The notes under the pieces are model-generated. The model was not told where the DNA came from and searched no databases. It saw nothing but the letters and a program-made list of their open reading frames with translations. This document shows, one piece after another, positions 37,744-39,232 of a stretch of 39,232 nucleotides of DNA (positions are counted from its first letter, which is position 1; every line of letters starts with the position of its first letter). The DNA is from Mucilaginibacter sp. (GTDB lineage Bacteria > Bacteroidota > Bacteroidia > Sphingobacteriales > Sphingobacteriaceae). The position numbers and the translations under genes are program-made. The DNA lies in NCBI RefSeq assembly GCF_036383575.1, contig NZ_DASVOB010000052.1, forward strand, positions 1 to 39,232, in the 5' to 3' direction.

Positions 37744-37849
37744 AAAAATTTGCCAATTTTGTAAAGAATTTATTGGAATGACCGCCGAGAAGGTCTGTAG
37801 CTAAATAATGACGGATCAAATCGGTATCAAGAATTTAAAAACAAGCGTA

Positions 37850-38605
37850 ATGAAAATAGGAATAATAGGTACCGGTGCAATTGGCGGTACCCTCGCAAAG
37901 AAACTGGCTAACGCCGGCCATGAAGTAAAAGTATATAACAAAGGTGATGGGAACCTCTTAAAAAAAAGAGCACAAGAGTTGGGTGTCTTGCCTGCAACCA
38001 GGGACAGTATCACCAAAGGCGTTGATGTTGTCATCATCTCCGTTCCCAGCATCGCTATCCCGGAATTAGAGAAAGCATTGTTCACAGGTCTTCCCGACAG
38101 TGTGGTTGTTGTCGATACATCTAACTACTATCCATTCCGTGATGGGGACATCGAAGAACTCAAAAATGGCAAAGTGGAGAGCCTATGGGTTACTGAACAA
38201 ATAGGACGTCCGGTTATTAAGGCCTTCAATAACCTTTTGGCTCATAGCCTTGAAAATGGAAGTAAACCTGAAGGTGCCGGGGATCGGATCGCGATGGCAG
38301 TCTCAGGCAACGATCAGCAGGCCAAAGAGATGGTGTCCGTCCTTATCAACGATGCCGGTTTCGACGCTGTGGATGCCGGTACTCTTGCGGATTCCTGGAG
38401 GCACCAACCGGGTACTCCGGCCTATTGTACCGAATTGAGCGTGGTAGAGCTCAAGCAAGCCCTAAACCAAGGAGACAAAGGAGATGCGGCACGTCTGCGG
38501 GACCATGCTATCAGGAAATTTATGGAATTTGCAACGCCGCCTACACACGAAGAAGTCGTTGCCATGAACCGTTCACTGTTTCTTGAAAACCCCAAGAAGC
38601 ATTGA
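37850..38605 (+). CDS. NADP-dependent oxidoreductase, F420_oxidored family
   Basis: MKIGIIGTGAIG, VDTSNYYP.RDG, KAFNN, SWRHQPGTPAYCT; ATG at 37850 preferred. Confidence 0.92.
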   Translation: MKIGIIGTGAIGGTLAKKLANAGHEVKVYNKGDGNLLKKRAQELGVLPATRDSITKGVDVVIISVPSIAIPELEKALFTGLPDSVVVVDTSNYYPFRDGDIEELKNGKVESLWVTEQIGRPVIKAFNNLLAHSLENGSKPEGAGDRIAMAVSGNDQQAKEMVSVLINDAGFDAVDAGTLADSWRHQPGTPAYCTELSVVELKQALNQGDKGDAARLRDHAIRKFMEFATPPTHEEVVAMNRSLFLENPKKH

Positions 38606-38853
38606 TCAATTGAGGGTATTACGACTACCAGATTTTCGAAGAACAGGCAAATTTGCAAGCACAATCATTATAAAAATTGGTGTTAGTTGTTATTAAGCGA
38701 GCTAAATTCGTCCATTACAATTTGTCAATATACCTGCTGTAGTTTTTCAACCAATCGCTTTAATTCTTCCATGTTATAAAGGCTTTGGATTGTTTCAATT
38801 TAATAAAGGTAAAAAATCAATACATGGAATTAAGCTAAATTTTGAAATCTTAA

Positions 38854-39093
38854 AATGATTATTTTATTAATTGCAAGGAACTTAGGCTTACTGCGCCCGG
38901 CGATGATTTCGCAGGCTCAGATATCGTATTCACTGCGGAGGCTGGCAGCATCTCCACGGATAAAGATTACCGCGATAAAGAGATAAAGAGCCGGGAGCTT
39001 TTGGACGTTGAGAAATTTCCTAAAATAACGTTTAGAAGCACAACCGTGACTAAAATAAACGCTTTAACCTACAAGATTGTCGGTGACCTTACG
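38854..39093 (+). pseudogene. YceI (polyisoprenoid-binding) family internal fragment
   Basis: DFAGSDIVFTAEAGSISTDKDYRDKEIKSRELLDVEKFPKITFRST...YKIVGDLT; in-frame stop at 38851, no start, similarity lost after GDLT. Confidence 0.75.
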
Positions 39094-39232
39094 ACTTCTG
39101 GTCAAAATTTAATATTCCCAACTGCCTGTATTTTGCGAAAACGAGATCGGCGAAAGCCGTATTGTTTTGGCAATATTCAGGCATCCATTGACCGCCGGAA
39201 GCCTGTTGCGGATGAAAGCAGCAAGTGGCAGG

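Noticed and set aside
38620-38775. Short minus-strand frame MEELKRLVEKLQQVY* and its continuation
   Set aside because: Multiple stops and no recognisable family; cannot be supported.
1-39232. CRISPR arrays, tRNA/rRNA, IS elements, integrases, prophage genes
   Set aside because: No regularly spaced repeats, RNA gene signatures, or transposase/integrase/phage motifs were seen.

Overview
Bacteroidota chromosomal accessory region, most likely Sphingobacteriaceae (Mucilaginibacter/Pedobacter-like), judged from protein families and TAnnTTTG-type promoters. I found no rRNA, tRNA, CRISPR array, integrase or transposase. From left to right: a broken large hypothetical gene fused by deletion to a Blc lipocalin; a short carotenoid operon (CarH/LitR-like B12 photoreceptor, crtI, crtB); an XRE regulator and an orphan polyprenyl-phosphate sugar transferase; a cryptic dual-specificity phosphatase remnant; hsp20 with a sigma-54-like promoter and three upstream boxes; a cytochrome b / Mo-oxidoreductase pair; a GNAT; a lipoprotein; a 1521-aa DUF4011-SF1 helicase-Vsr-like-DUF3320 (Hhe-type) defence protein whose nuclease motif looks degenerate; a NEW3-ABC operon; an ~8 kb minus-strand stress island (PA2169, DUF4385, Csp, two unannotated microproteins, an FAD-protein/DUF1543/small alarmone hydrolase-like operon, an amber-interrupted flavodoxin-like gene, and a one-Cys DksA / Gre-like microprotein / DUF72 operon); an SDR-TetR-TolC-MFP-RND cluster with two visible operators; HxlR with a divergent F420_oxidored-family reductase; and a YceI remnant. 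The best candidate for an under-described system is the DksA + Gre-like + DUF72 operon lying next to the alarmone-hydrolase operon. Many genes are decayed. All family calls come from motif recognition by eye, not from database searches.
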